The notes under the pieces are model-generated. The model saw nothing but the letters and a program-made list of their open reading frames with translations, had not been told where the DNA came from and did no database searches. The position numbers and the translations under genes were made by a program. Of a stretch of 56,426 bases of DNA, positions 13,358-25,000 are shown piece by piece (position 1 is the first letter of the stretch; every line of letters begins with the position of its first letter). Origin of the DNA: Prorocentrum cordatum (taxonomy: Eukaryota); NCBI GenBank assembly GCA_963575745.1, contig CAUYUJ010000089.1:62001-118426 (forward strand), read 5' to 3'.

Positions 13358-13765
13358 CGAATCTGCGATACGTCCTGCTTTCGAAGTTTCCAGCGCCGAG
13401 AATAGAGCACGTTCGTCCTGTGTAGTATGTTCGGGGATCTCGCCCCAGCCTTCAAAGTCCCAGTCGTCTTCTGAGAAGATAGCCGCGATTACAAACCAAC
13501 AAAATCAACAAGGCGGCCCAAGAGAAAAAACTGGAATACAGTGTGCCAGCTAGCCACAAGATATCTGTAATAGTCCTGCCAACAATTCACCAAGCAGAAA
13601 AGATGCCAGCCGCCAGGCGCCAGCAGCCGCCGCTATCGCGAGGGTGCCAAGGCCCGAGAGGAGAGAGATGGACGGGCGCGGCCGAGGGCAGGTGGGGCGC
13701 GGCGGGGGGGGGGGGCACCAAGGAGTCCCCGACGGCACCAAGGCCCCCGCGAGGAGACCTTGGTT

Positions 13766-14575
13766 TTTCTTGCGGTTTGCGGTCCGCCACTAGAATCCGA
13801 ATCCGAATCGGCGGAGCAGTGCAACTGAGCCCCCACCATCTTAGGTAGGTCGCAGCAGAGCGCACGCCACCTTAGCAGCAGCTCTCGTCAGGGCAGCGCA
13901 GGCAGCTAGTTCACAGCAGGTTACCGTGCTACCTGGAGGCAAGCTCATCGCCTCCTCGGCCACATCGTGCCAATGGAAGCTCTGCGAGCTGATGCAGGAG
14001 AAAGAGGAGGGGGAGGAGGAGGAGGAGGAGATGGGAAAATCAACCTGCACGCTGGAACCCCTACCTACAACGCCAATATGAAGCCACCACCCACCTCCAC
14101 ATCCTTCATTACTGACACCCCCATCGAATGCACCACGGAGAGCAGTCTTACGAGTACTGAGGAACTGATCATATGCAAACCAGCGGGTAATAGTTTGGCC
14201 ACCTCTGGCCTCCCACGACAATCTATCCGCACGTTCATTACCCTCACGAAAGAAGTGCTTATACAGATTCTGTCCCGATGCAGGTGAGGTCATTCCCCAT
14301 CCAGACAGCATCGATACCGTATTTTGTAGTGTTCCCACCAGTCGTACATACTGCTTGTTGCGAATCTGCCACTCGCCACACATCCAGTTAACAACCGTCT
14401 TACTATCTCCCAAGATCTCCATCCCAAGACGCTCAATATTCTCACACCTCCACTCCGTTTCATTATCATAATTAGCGGCAATACGTTTGCTAATCCTCTC
14501 ATTCATCTCTCTCTCCTCCTCCTCCTCCGCCTTCACGTGCCTCACACCAGGTGGCCTGGGTAAAACAGTGGCCTC
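13766..14575 (-). mobile_element. 5'-truncated non-LTR retrotransposon copy 1b (RNase H region only)
   Basis: Flanked by an 11-bp direct repeat AGACCTTGGTT (13755-13765 and 14576-14586); T-rich tail at 13764-13771; the target hairpin and subTIR resume at 14587. Confidence 0.85.
13841..14545 (-). pseudogene. C-terminal RNase H-like domain of a LINE ORF2 (truncated, still open)
   Basis: ILGDSKTVVNW, HFFREGNERAD, AFDGG and LPPGSTVTCCELAA motifs. Confidence 0.85.
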
Positions 14576-14682
14576 AGACCTTGGTTACCGCCGGGAACTC
14601 GCAGAGCTTCCTTGCGATATACATGAATGGCATGCGGGCGCGGCAATCTCGAATTCAGCGCGCGCGAGGGTGCACTTTCATG

Positions 14683-15158
14683 GAGGAGGACGCGGAGGAA
14701 AAGACAGAGTGACGAGGAGAAGGAGGTGGAGGAGGCTGAGGAAGAAGGAGGAGGAGGAGAAGGGGCAAGACGAGAAGGGGGAGAAGGAGGATGAGGAGGA
14801 TGACGAGCAGGAGGGGGAAGGGTGGAGGGGCAAAGGGGGGATAATGATGATGATGAGGAGGAGGAGGAGGAGGAGGAGGGCGAGGAGGAGGAGGAGGAGG
14901 AGAAAGAGGCGAAGGAGCAGATCGAGGAGGAAGAGAAGGAGAAGGAAGAGGAGGAGGAGGAGCAGCAGGAGGAGGAGGAGGAGGAGGGGAGAGGAAGAAG
15001 AAGAAGAAAAAGGAGAACGAGGAGGCGGAGGAGAAGGGGAAGTGGGAGGAGGAGGAGGAGGCGACTGAGGAAGAGAAGGAGGAGGAGGAGAAGAAAGAGG
15101 AGGGGAAGGAAGACAAAAAGGAAGAGGAGAAGGAAGGCAGGGGGGAGGGGAGGAGGAG
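14683..15158 (+). repeat. Purine-rich (GAG/GAA)n simple repeat
   Basis: Direct reading. Confidence 0.9.
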
Positions 15159-16118
15159 CAGCCTACAGCTCGAATTGAGAAAAGAAAACATATATTATCT
15201 CGCACAAGCTGTTGCAGAGTGCTCAGTTCTAGCTCTAGTAGCAGACCGATATCAGGCGTCTAGACTGTAGACTGATGATTCGCAGCATTCCCTGTCGATC
15301 GGCGTGCATCTCAGCTCCTTAGATCTCAAATGAATTCACAAAAACATCATCTCTGGTAGTATAGATATGCAGTGTAGATAGTTGTCCAGTCGTAGCTGTG
15401 GTTACAGGCCGAATTCAGACGTCTCGATACCGCAGGCGAATGTACCTGAAGACCTTCTGCTTCAAAAGCCTACAGTTCGAATGAAGTAGAGAAAACTATC
15501 ATCATCATTTGACACATAAGCAGAGTCCGAATAGTTTCTTGATTCCAGCTCTGGTAGCAACCGAATTCAGGCATCGAGATACCTCAGACTAGCCATCCTC
15601 CTGATCCCGTTCGGATCACTGTGCCGAACAGCCCTGCAGCTCATCTGCAGCTCGAAATAAGTTAAGAAGATCCTCATCTTCTCTGAGAAAAAGTAGCAGA
15701 GTACGAATAGTTTGTTGGTCCCAGCTCTGGTAGCAGACCGGGTTCAGGCATCTAGATTGAGACTAGCGCCCCTGATGATTCCCTCTCGATTGCTGCCCCG
15801 AACAGCTTTGTAGCTCATCTGCAGTTCGAACTCAGTTAAGAAAACCGAAAGCACATGCCAAGATGGCACTCAACTGCCAAACTGGCCCACATGCTTTTTC
15901 ACTGTGAAATCCACCCGATCGACCTGAGATTAAGATGGCAAGCACCATCGAATATCAGGAGAAACAATATTATTGCTCCCACGAAATGTCAAATCTCGAG
16001 GGAATCATTTTCTTTACCGACCAAAATTACGCAATACTTCCTTCGAGATTTTTCGGGTCAACTAGCCCGCCAGCCCGCCGGAATAACTGGGAGCCGGCGG
16101 TAAATCGTCAAACTTGGT

Positions 16119-16334
16119 CTTGCTTTGCTCGAAGCCCACAGGGAACAGAGAAGTCCCGCTCAATATTCAGGCCCGCAGCAGAGGAGCAGGTGCTCGACAC
16201 CTTCAGCGAGGCGCTTGCTGGCCAAGAGCTCAGCTTGACACACAGCGCAGAGGGCGGGATGGCGGCAGCCTCCGAAGCTATGTTGCATAGCCAAACGCCA
16301 TGACAGAGATGAAGAGCAGGGCGAGGGAGCACAA
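16119..16334 (-). mobile_element. 3' fragment of another LINE copy in a hairpin loop, interrupted by a Helentron-like insertion at 16336
   Basis: Follows ...cgtcaaacttggt with a T-rich tail; minus strand encodes W..NIASEAAAIPPSA then, after a frameshift, QAELLASKRLAEGVEHLL, matching the C-terminus of copy 1 (WEPNVASSSFLLPPSSTIAAAELESARQLLLGVEECL). Confidence 0.7.
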
Positions 16335-19300
16335 ACTGGCGCCGGCGGTGAACCGTCAACCTAGTCACCGCCGGGAACCTCGTAGAGCTCCTCACACTGG
16401 TAAGAGTGCTGAGAATCGAAGTAGAGTAACAAAAATAAAGATTTTTCGAAAATCTGTATTATTGATTTTTTCGCTGTTCACATTCGCTCAGTTCCCGGAA
16501 GACAACTCATAAGAAAATACATCAGGAGAGCTTCTGTCAGAGAGGAGTTTATATGCCACTGCGACGCGCAAAAATCTGCTTTCTCAAAATAAATGGTTAA
16601 ATATCTTTCAAAGTTTCGCAAAACCGACCAAAAGTCATCAATTTGTCCGCCCCGGCCGGGTGGGCCAACTGGGCGCCGGCGGTAAACCGTCAACCTTTCT
16701 TACCGCCGGGGGACTCGTAGAGCTTCCTGATAATATATAATGTCGAAACAAATTGCAGATAACGTATAGTTTTTCAGCCTAAGCGATTTCAGACCTCTCG
16801 ATGCAACAGCCGAACGCCCTCCGATGCTTCTGGATTGTCTTCTGTACGAGCTCTGTAGCTCTTCTACAGCCCGAGTTACGTGCGTAAATCGACAGCACCT
16901 CTCAAGATGACTCGAACAATACGAACAGTTTGGCAAACCTAGCTCGAGTATCAGACCGAGTTCAGACCTCTGAATGCGACAAGCGGACGCGTCTGATGTC
17001 TCCGAATCGATTCCTGTGATTACCAGCCCTGCAGCCCCCCTGCAGCCCGAGTTAAGTCCAGAAAGCCGACAGCATTTCTCAGGATGACTCGAACAATACG
17101 AACAGCTTCGCGGACCTAGTTCGGGCAGCAGACCGAGTTCCGAGCTCTCGATTCCACAGGCGGACGCGCCTGATGTCTCCAAATCGATTGCTGTCACCAC
17201 CAGCAGTAGCCCCCCTACAGCACGAGTTGAGTGCAGGAAACCGACAGCATCTCTCAAGATGACTCGAACAATACGAACAGTTTCGCGATTCTGGATCGGG
17301 CAGCAGACCGAGATCAGAGCTCTGGATTTAACAGACAAACGCGACTGATAATTCGCAATCGATTTCTGTGAGAATCACCTCTGTAGCTGTCCTATAGCTG
17401 GAGTTAAGTACAGAAAACCGACAGCGTCTGTCAAGATGACTCGAATAAGACGAATAGGTTTGCGGACCTAGCTCGGCTAGCAGACCGAGTTCAGACCTCT
17501 GGATGCAACAGACGAACGCGCCTGATCATTCTGAATCGATAAGGTGTGCTTACCAGCTCTGTAGCTGTCCTGTATCTCGAGTTAAGTCCAATATACTGAC
17601 AGCGCGTATCAAGATGACTCGAAACGGCCGATCCCGCCGCAGTGATTTTTGGCAGTAAAAGGTACCCGATCGAGCTGAGACCAAGATGGCGAGCGGGAAT
17701 AAGATCGAATACCACGGGAAAAAATACTAGAGCTCTAACGAACGGTTGAATTTCGAGAACAAAATTTTCAACCGACCAAAAATCACCAAAAGGTCCGTCG
17801 AGATTTTTCTTGCCAACTGGCGCCGGCGGTGAACCGTCAACCTAGTCACCGCCGGGAACCTCGTAGAGCTCCTGGCACTGGGAAGAGTGCTGAGGATCGA
17901 AGTAGACTCATAAAATGAAGATTTTTCCAAAATCTTAATTTTCGATTTTTTCGATGTTCATATTCGCTCGGTTCCTGGAGGTCAACTCATAGAAAAATGC
18001 AGCAGGAGAGCTGAGCTTCTGTCAGAGAGGAGTTTATATGCCAATGCGACGCGCAAAAATCTGCTTTCTTAAAATGAATTGTCAAGTATCTTTCAATGGC
18101 AAAACTGACCAAAAGTTGCCACTTTGTCCTTTCTGGCCAGGTGGGCCAACTGGGCGCTGGCGGTAAACCGTCAACCTTCCGGGGGACTCGTAGAGCTTCC
18201 TGATAAAATATATAATGTCGCATAAAAATTGCAGAGAATGAATAGTTTTTCAGCCCAAGCAAATTCAGACCTCTCGATGCAACAGCCGAACGCCCCGATG
18301 CTTCTGGATTGTGTTCTGTACGAGCTCTGCAGCTCTCCTACAGCCCGAGTTACGCGCGTAAATCGACAGCACCTCTCAAGATGACTCGAACAATACAAAT
18401 AGTTTGGCAAACCTAGCTCGTGTATTAGACCGAGTTGAAACCTCTGAATGCGACAGGCGGACGCGTCTGATGTCGCCCAATCAATTCCTGTGATTACCAG
18501 CCATACAGCCCCCCTACAACCCGAGTTAAGTGCAGAAAACCAACAGCACCTCTCAGGATGACTCGAACAATACGAATAGCTTCGCGGACCTAGTTCAGGC
18601 AGCAGACCGAGTTCCGAGCTCTAGATTCGAAAAGCGGACGCGTCTCATGTCTCCAAATCGGTTTCTGTGACTACCAGCACTGTAGCCCTCCCCTACAACT
18701 CGAGATAAGTACAGAAAACCGACAACACCTCTCCAGATGACTCAAGGAATACGAATGGTTTCGCGAATCTAGATCAGGCAAGAGACCGAGTTCAGAGCTC
18801 TGGATATAATAGACGAACGCGACTGATGATTCTCGATCGGTTTTTGTAAATATCAGCTCTATAGCGGTCATAGAGCTCGAGATAAGTACAGAAAACCGAG
18901 AGCGCCTGTCAAGATGACTCAAATAAGACGAACAGGTTTGCGGACCTAGCTCGGCTAGCAGACCGAGTTCAGACCTCTGGATGCAACAGGCGAACGCGCC
19001 TGATCATTCTGAATCCATAAGCTGTGCTTACCAGCTCTGTAGCTGTCCTGTATCTCGAGTTAAGTCCGATATACCGAGAGCGCGTATCAAGATGACTCCA
19101 AACGGCCGATCCCGCCCGTGTGCTGTTTGGCAGTAAAAGGTACCCGATCGAGCTGAGATCAAGATGGCGAGCGGGAATAAGATCGAATATTACGGAAAAA
19201 ATACTAGAGCTCTAACGAATGATTGAAATTCGAGAACAAAATTTCTAACCGACCAACAGTCAGCAAAAGGTCCGTCGAGATTTTTCTTGCCAACTAGCTC

Positions 19301-20454
19301 TCCAGCGCCCCGGAACTGGGCGCCGGCGGTAAACCGTCAACCTCCCTTACCGCCGGGGGACTCGTAGAGCGTCCTGAGCATATATATAATGTCGAAAGAA
19401 ATTGCAGAGAACGAATATTTTTTGAGCCTAAACGATTTCACACCTCTCGATGCAACAGCTAAACGCCGCTCATGCTTCTGGATCGTTTCCTGTGCGCACG
19501 AGCTCCGTAGCCCTCCTCAAGCCCGAGTTACGCGCGAAAATCGACAGCATCTCTCAAGATCACTCGAACAATACAAATAGTTTCGCGAATCTAGCTCGAG
19601 TATCAGACCGAGTTCAGACATCTGAATGCAACAAGCGGACGCGCCTGATGTCTCCCGAATCGATTCCTGTGATGACCAGCCCTGCAGCCCCCGTACAGCC
19701 CGAGTTAAGTGCAGAAAATCGACAGCACCTCTGAAGATGACTCGAACAATACGAATAGCTTCGCGGATCTAGCTCGGGCAGCAGGCTGAGTTCAGGGCTC
19801 TTAATGCGACAGGTGGACGCGACTGATGTCTCTGAATCGATTCCAGTGCTTACCAGCCCTGCAGCCCCCTTACAGCTCGAGTTCAGTGCAAAAAACCGAC
19901 AGCATCCCTTAGGATGACTCGAACAATACGAATAATTTCGCGGACCTAGTTCGGGCAGCAGACCGAGTTCCGAGCTCTCGATTCGACAGGCGAACGCGCC
20001 TGATCTCTTCGAACCGATTTCTGAGATTACCAGCACTCTAGCCTCACTACAGCCCGAGTTCAGTGCAGAAAACTGTGAGCACCTCTCAAGATGACTCCAA
20101 CAACACGAATAGTTTCGCGAACCTAGCTCGGGCAGCAGACCGAGTTCAGACCTCTAGTGCCTGATGATTCGCAGTCGATTTATGTGAGAATCACCTCTGT
20201 AGCTGCCCTACAGCTCGATTTGAGTACAAAATACCGACAACGCGTATCAAGATGACTCGAAACAGCCGATCCCGCCGCGATGCTTTTTTGCAGTAATATC
20301 TAGCCGATCGAGCTGAGATCAAGATGGCGAGCGGGAATAAGATCGAATATGGTGGGAAGAAATACGAGAGCTCAAACGAATTGTTGAATTTCGAGAACAA
20401 AATTTTCAACCGACCCAAAGTCAGCAAAAGGTCCGTCGAGATTTTTCTTGCCAA

Positions 20455-21151
20455 CTGGCGCCGGCGGTGGACCGTCGACCTGGTCACCGCCGGGAAGCTC
20501 GTAGAGCTCCTTGCACGCGTAAGAGTGCTGAGATTTGAAGCAGACAGCTTCTTAGAGCATTTTCTAGAAAAACGTCATAATTGCATTTCTCGGTGTCAAC
20601 GATACGTCGGTTCCTCCAAATGTTTGGATAGTAAAACTCTCACGAACGAGCTGAGCTGCTCGCAAAAGAAAATTAAGATACCGATGCTCGGAGTAACTTG
20701 GTAGCGTCTAAAACCCGGAGAGCGAAGAGAGCCTAAGAAACCGGAAATCCCTCCTGGGGAGTTCTTGGGGGCGCCCCTGCAGCCCTTCCGAAGCACTGCC
20801 AGGAGCGCTTCCACGCGTCCCTGCACGCGCGCAGGCACGCGTGGAAGCTTGCCAGAAGCTCTCCCGGACCAGCTGCCGGCTCGAACAAACTGCTGCGAGG
20901 ATTCTGGAGCGGCGGAGATGGGCTGCTGGCGGGCACCACCACCGCCCGGCTTCTAATCTTAAACCCTCTAGCTCTCAGAGAGCTCTCCGGGAAAAATCTG
21001 CTTTCTCAAAATGAATGCTCAAATATCTTTCAAATCTTCGCAAAACCACCCAAAAGTTACCCCTTTGTCCTTTCTGGCCGGGTCGGCCAACTAGCTCCGC
21101 CCCGCGCCGGAATTTCTCTAGCTCATCGATGACGAAGAGCACTACGAGGTA
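20455..21151 (-). mobile_element. Complete short-family (B) element containing a family-F insertion
   Basis: Hairpin and subTIR at the left, GAGCACTACGAGGTA at the right; the host sequence split at gccaa|ctagctctcc rejoins exactly. Confidence 0.8.
20697..20992 (-). mobile_element. GC-rich ~295-bp family-F element (5'-TCCCGG...CCAAG-3')
   Basis: Splits ctcggagtaa|aaatctgc; inverted repeat cccggagagc (~20714) / gctctccggg (~20982); a homologous copy lies at a different site (37924-38589). Confidence 0.7.
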
Positions 21152-22047
21152 CTAGCTCTCCAGCGCGCCGAAATTACTGGGCGCCGGCGGTGAACCGTCA
21201 ACCTTCCTTACCGCCGGGGGACTCGTAGAGCTTCCTGACAATATATAAGGTGGAAAAAAATGCAGAAAACGAATAGTTTTTCAGCCCAAGCGATTTCAGA
21301 CCTCTCGATGCAACAGCCGAACGCCCCCGATGCTTCTGGACTGTCTTCTTTACGAGCTCTGTAGCTCTCCTACGGCCCGAGTACGTGGGTAAATCGACAG
21401 CACCTCTCAAGATGACTCTAACAAAACGAATAGTTTGGCAACCCAGCTCGAGTATGAAACCGAGTTCAGACCTCTGAATGCGACAGGCGGACGCGTCTGA
21501 TGTCTGCGAATCGACTCCTGTGATGACCAGCCCTGCAGCCCCCCTACAGCCCGAATTAAGTGCAGAAAACCGACAGCACCTCTCAGGATGACTCGAACAA
21601 TACAATAGTTTCGCGGACCTAGTTCGGCAAGCAGAGCGAGTTCCGAGCTCTCGATGCGACAGGCGGACGCGCCTGATGTCTTCAAATCCGTTTCTGTGAC
21701 CACCAGCACTGTAGCCCCCCCCCAGCCCGAGTTGAGTGCAGAAAACCGAGAGCACTGGCGCCGGCGGTGAACCGTCAACCTGGTCTCTCTTTTTTTTGCG
21801 TCTTTGCTGGGACCGTCTTGGCCACTGAGGCCAGGTCCAACAAAGTATCAGGCAAAACAGAGCCTCTTATTCATCACGCAAGCAGTCAGCTCTTATACCA
21901 CACAGCGAAGCTGAAGGAATAAAGAGAATCACATGCCACAATGACACAATCAAACGCAAAGTACACACAGATAAACGAGGAAGCCAGTGAGCAGCGAAGC
22001 TGCAGGAATATACAAGACACGGAAAAGAAGAAACAATGTGTGTCCAA

Positions 22048-25000
22048 TCACTGCGAATGATCAAAGAAGGTCTGCACAACCTGTGGGAGCACCTCGCATA
22101 TGCGCTCCGCCGCCGATAGTTCCGTATCTGTAACAGTGGCGCTCGGTGGTAGACACCAAGCCGCAAGATACACATCCTTGAAAATGATGACGGTCCGCGA
22201 GAAGATATACTTGTTTCGCAGACCAATCTGTATCCATGCACCACAGGCACTTCCGCGGCTACAAACTCCCCCATCAAAGCCGGCTTTGATAAGGCAAGGA
22301 ATATAACACTGAGATTCAAAGTCGTTGAGGTAAACGAAATCGGCGTACACATGGCCCTGACGGGCCTGATGGGTCAGTAAGTCAGCTTTCTGGTTCCATT
22401 CCCGAAACGAATGAGAGAAGAAGTCACGGCCGGCCTCTGGAGGCCTCACCAAGTAAGTTTCCTGCATTTCGTCCAACTTATTAATCAGAGTATCCACCCT
22501 TTTCTGATATACCTGAGCTAATACTTTCCATTTCCCGCAGAGCCAGTTAATAACAAGCAGTGAGTCCCCTTGGATGTCCAGTGGTATCCCATCTGTATCG
22601 AGGTCCCACTGTGTACAACGCATATTATGCAACGCAATACGTTTGCTGAGGCGATCCCTATATGCTGGTGTATCCTCCCGATCCTGACCGATATGAACCC
22701 CTCCATCCTCATCCAAGTTCAAGAACACAGGCACCCCTGAGGACGCCAAACCTTTACACTTCTTTTGGAAGTACTTCAACATAGTACTAGAACAAACATT
22801 AGCAGCGAAATCCATGAAATGCTCAAAACTTCCAGCAAAGAACTCCCACCAGGATAAACCGTAAAACGATTCCAATGAATAATACCACGGACGGAGTCCG
22901 ACGCTCTCCTGTCCCCCCCGATGCCTTTTCATAGAGCTGGCCTCCTTCCAATTTCCCCAACATCTGAGAGCCTCACTTGAATCCGTCCTCATTCTATCCC
23001 ACAGTCGGCCAAACGCCAGACATGAGAAACGAGAATCTCTCCAAGCTCTCATCGAGTTCGCCTCCAACTCCCCCCGATCTGTGATCAGCCTGTGTGCAAA
23101 GTCCTGGATGTCAATTGCCCACATCCAATGCACTCTGAGAAACTTCTGTACAATGCCCACAAAGTGAGCATCATGAATTTTTTGTCTCGCACGTTCATAC
23201 CCCCTCGTATTCCATTCCTGATAACTTTCCCCCTCCCTCCGTATACAGCGAGACATTACAGACAGGCACTTGCCCTCAAAGATATGAAGGGCGCTCAATG
23301 AACTTGAATCGACCGTGCATCCTTCCGCCGCGTAGAGCACAATACTCTGAACTCTCTGAGCATACCTCTCATATTTATCTTTCAACGGGATGGCCGTGGA
23401 GCGGAAGAAGGTCGCCTGCCCCCAGAAGGCCCTGCGAGCACAGTCAATACGAGCGTCCAAATCATGATGTTCATTCACATGTAGTTCAGAACAAATATAA
23501 GCCCCCAGCACCTCCATCTCCGTCGTCCTTCTAAATCGATACACTCCAGACGCCTCCGACCCCACCGAGAGAACAAGATCAGAAGTGTGAAGTATTTCCC
23601 CTTCCACGTCTCGCGGGGGCTCGACCCCGAACACCATGTACAATAGGCTGGATTCCTTCCATCTCATGTCATAATCATGTAACTGTGTAGTTAGACCGTA
23701 TAACATGCGTGTGAGTTCCTCTCGACTCCGAGCCAATACATAACAGTTGTCAGCCCAAAGGAAATGATTAATAATCGAAACACAGCTAGTCGAGCCAGTC
23801 ACATACTCAATACGATAACCTAGTCCTAGTACGTCCCATTCTCGAATCGTGGAGCCCCACATAGCAGCAACAATGAGATTGAAGGCCAACGGTCCCTCGG
23901 GCCCTCCCGTCCGAATACATTTGTCCCACCTAACCTCCACCACCTCAATCCCATCATAATAGACAGTGCCTACACATTCGCACAAGGGGTCAAGTAGAGC
24001 ATACTGTAGGTAAAGGGGTACATCCGCATGATCCAACCCGCGCCTGACATTGGCCACCGTGCAGTGATCGAACGCCTGAAGGACATCAGCGTTCGCCAAG
24101 TGTGCCGTTTCCCCTTTTCCCCATTGTGCAGCATGTTGACCTATGTGTTTGATGCTAGCCGTGATTTCGTGTGTACGACGGTGTTCCTGGAAACCATACA
24201 ACCCAATATGACGAAACACTCCTTTTCTTTCAATATGACCCTCAACCAAGAGAACAACACAGGAACTGAACCATCTCGAAACAGCATTCTGCATACACAG
24301 CAAACGTCCGTCTTTTAACTTAGTGATCCCTGGAGTTTTTGGCATAAAAGAGACGAGAATCTCACGCCACGACTGAGGATACGGAATCGTGAGCTTGATG
24401 ATTTTATCGAACAACTTCTGGATCGCTCTGAGAGCACACCACGGCAAGCTCCTTAGAATCTCGCACGGTATCCCGTCTGGCCCAGTAGCCCTCTGGGTCT
24501 TCAGCCGAGCACGTGCTCTGAGAAGCAGCGCCATACTAATTCCCACAACTGATGTGGAACGTATCTCATGTACAGCCCTCATCCTGATCTCCTCCATCAT
24601 ACTGTTGGTGGAATTGCGTATCTCTTCGGACGACACCTTGCAACGAACGAACTTGTCGAGCTCCTCCTTCCACTCCTCACGGTCCTCCGTCTCCCTCCCA
24701 TCCACCACTAAATGTTTGATAGTATATCTGACCTTTCGTTTTGTTGGGGGGCATCTGCACATAATCATATCACGCCGATAACCTCTGCGTAGACGATTAG
24801 CCTCATTCTTTAACCTCCTCAACCTCTCCACTTCCTCCTTCGGACACATCTTAACCTCCTCCTCCGCTCTTGTGAGCTGCACCGGCCTCGACGGCTCTCT
24901 CGGTCTTCTCGCACCCGTGGTGGAGTAGTCCACCGTCGGTGAAAAGTACGCCTCCAGCATAGTACTCCCCAGACCCTGTGGACAGGTCACAGACGGACAC

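Larger units (their letters stand above)
7901..13756 (-). mobile_element. Non-LTR retrotransposon copy 1 (ORF1-APE-RT-RNase H), frameshifted, inserted in the hairpin loop
   Basis: A-rich 3' tail (plus strand tgttttgcg at 7901); flanked by ACCTTGGTT at 7892-7900 and 13757-13765; APE, RT and RNase H motifs in its ORFs. Confidence 0.9.

Noticed and set aside
14487..15205. Poly-Glu/Arg/Pro ORFs
   Set aside because: Simple-repeat translations.
20953..20967. Telomere-like taaaccct
   Set aside because: A single unit inside a family-F element; no array.
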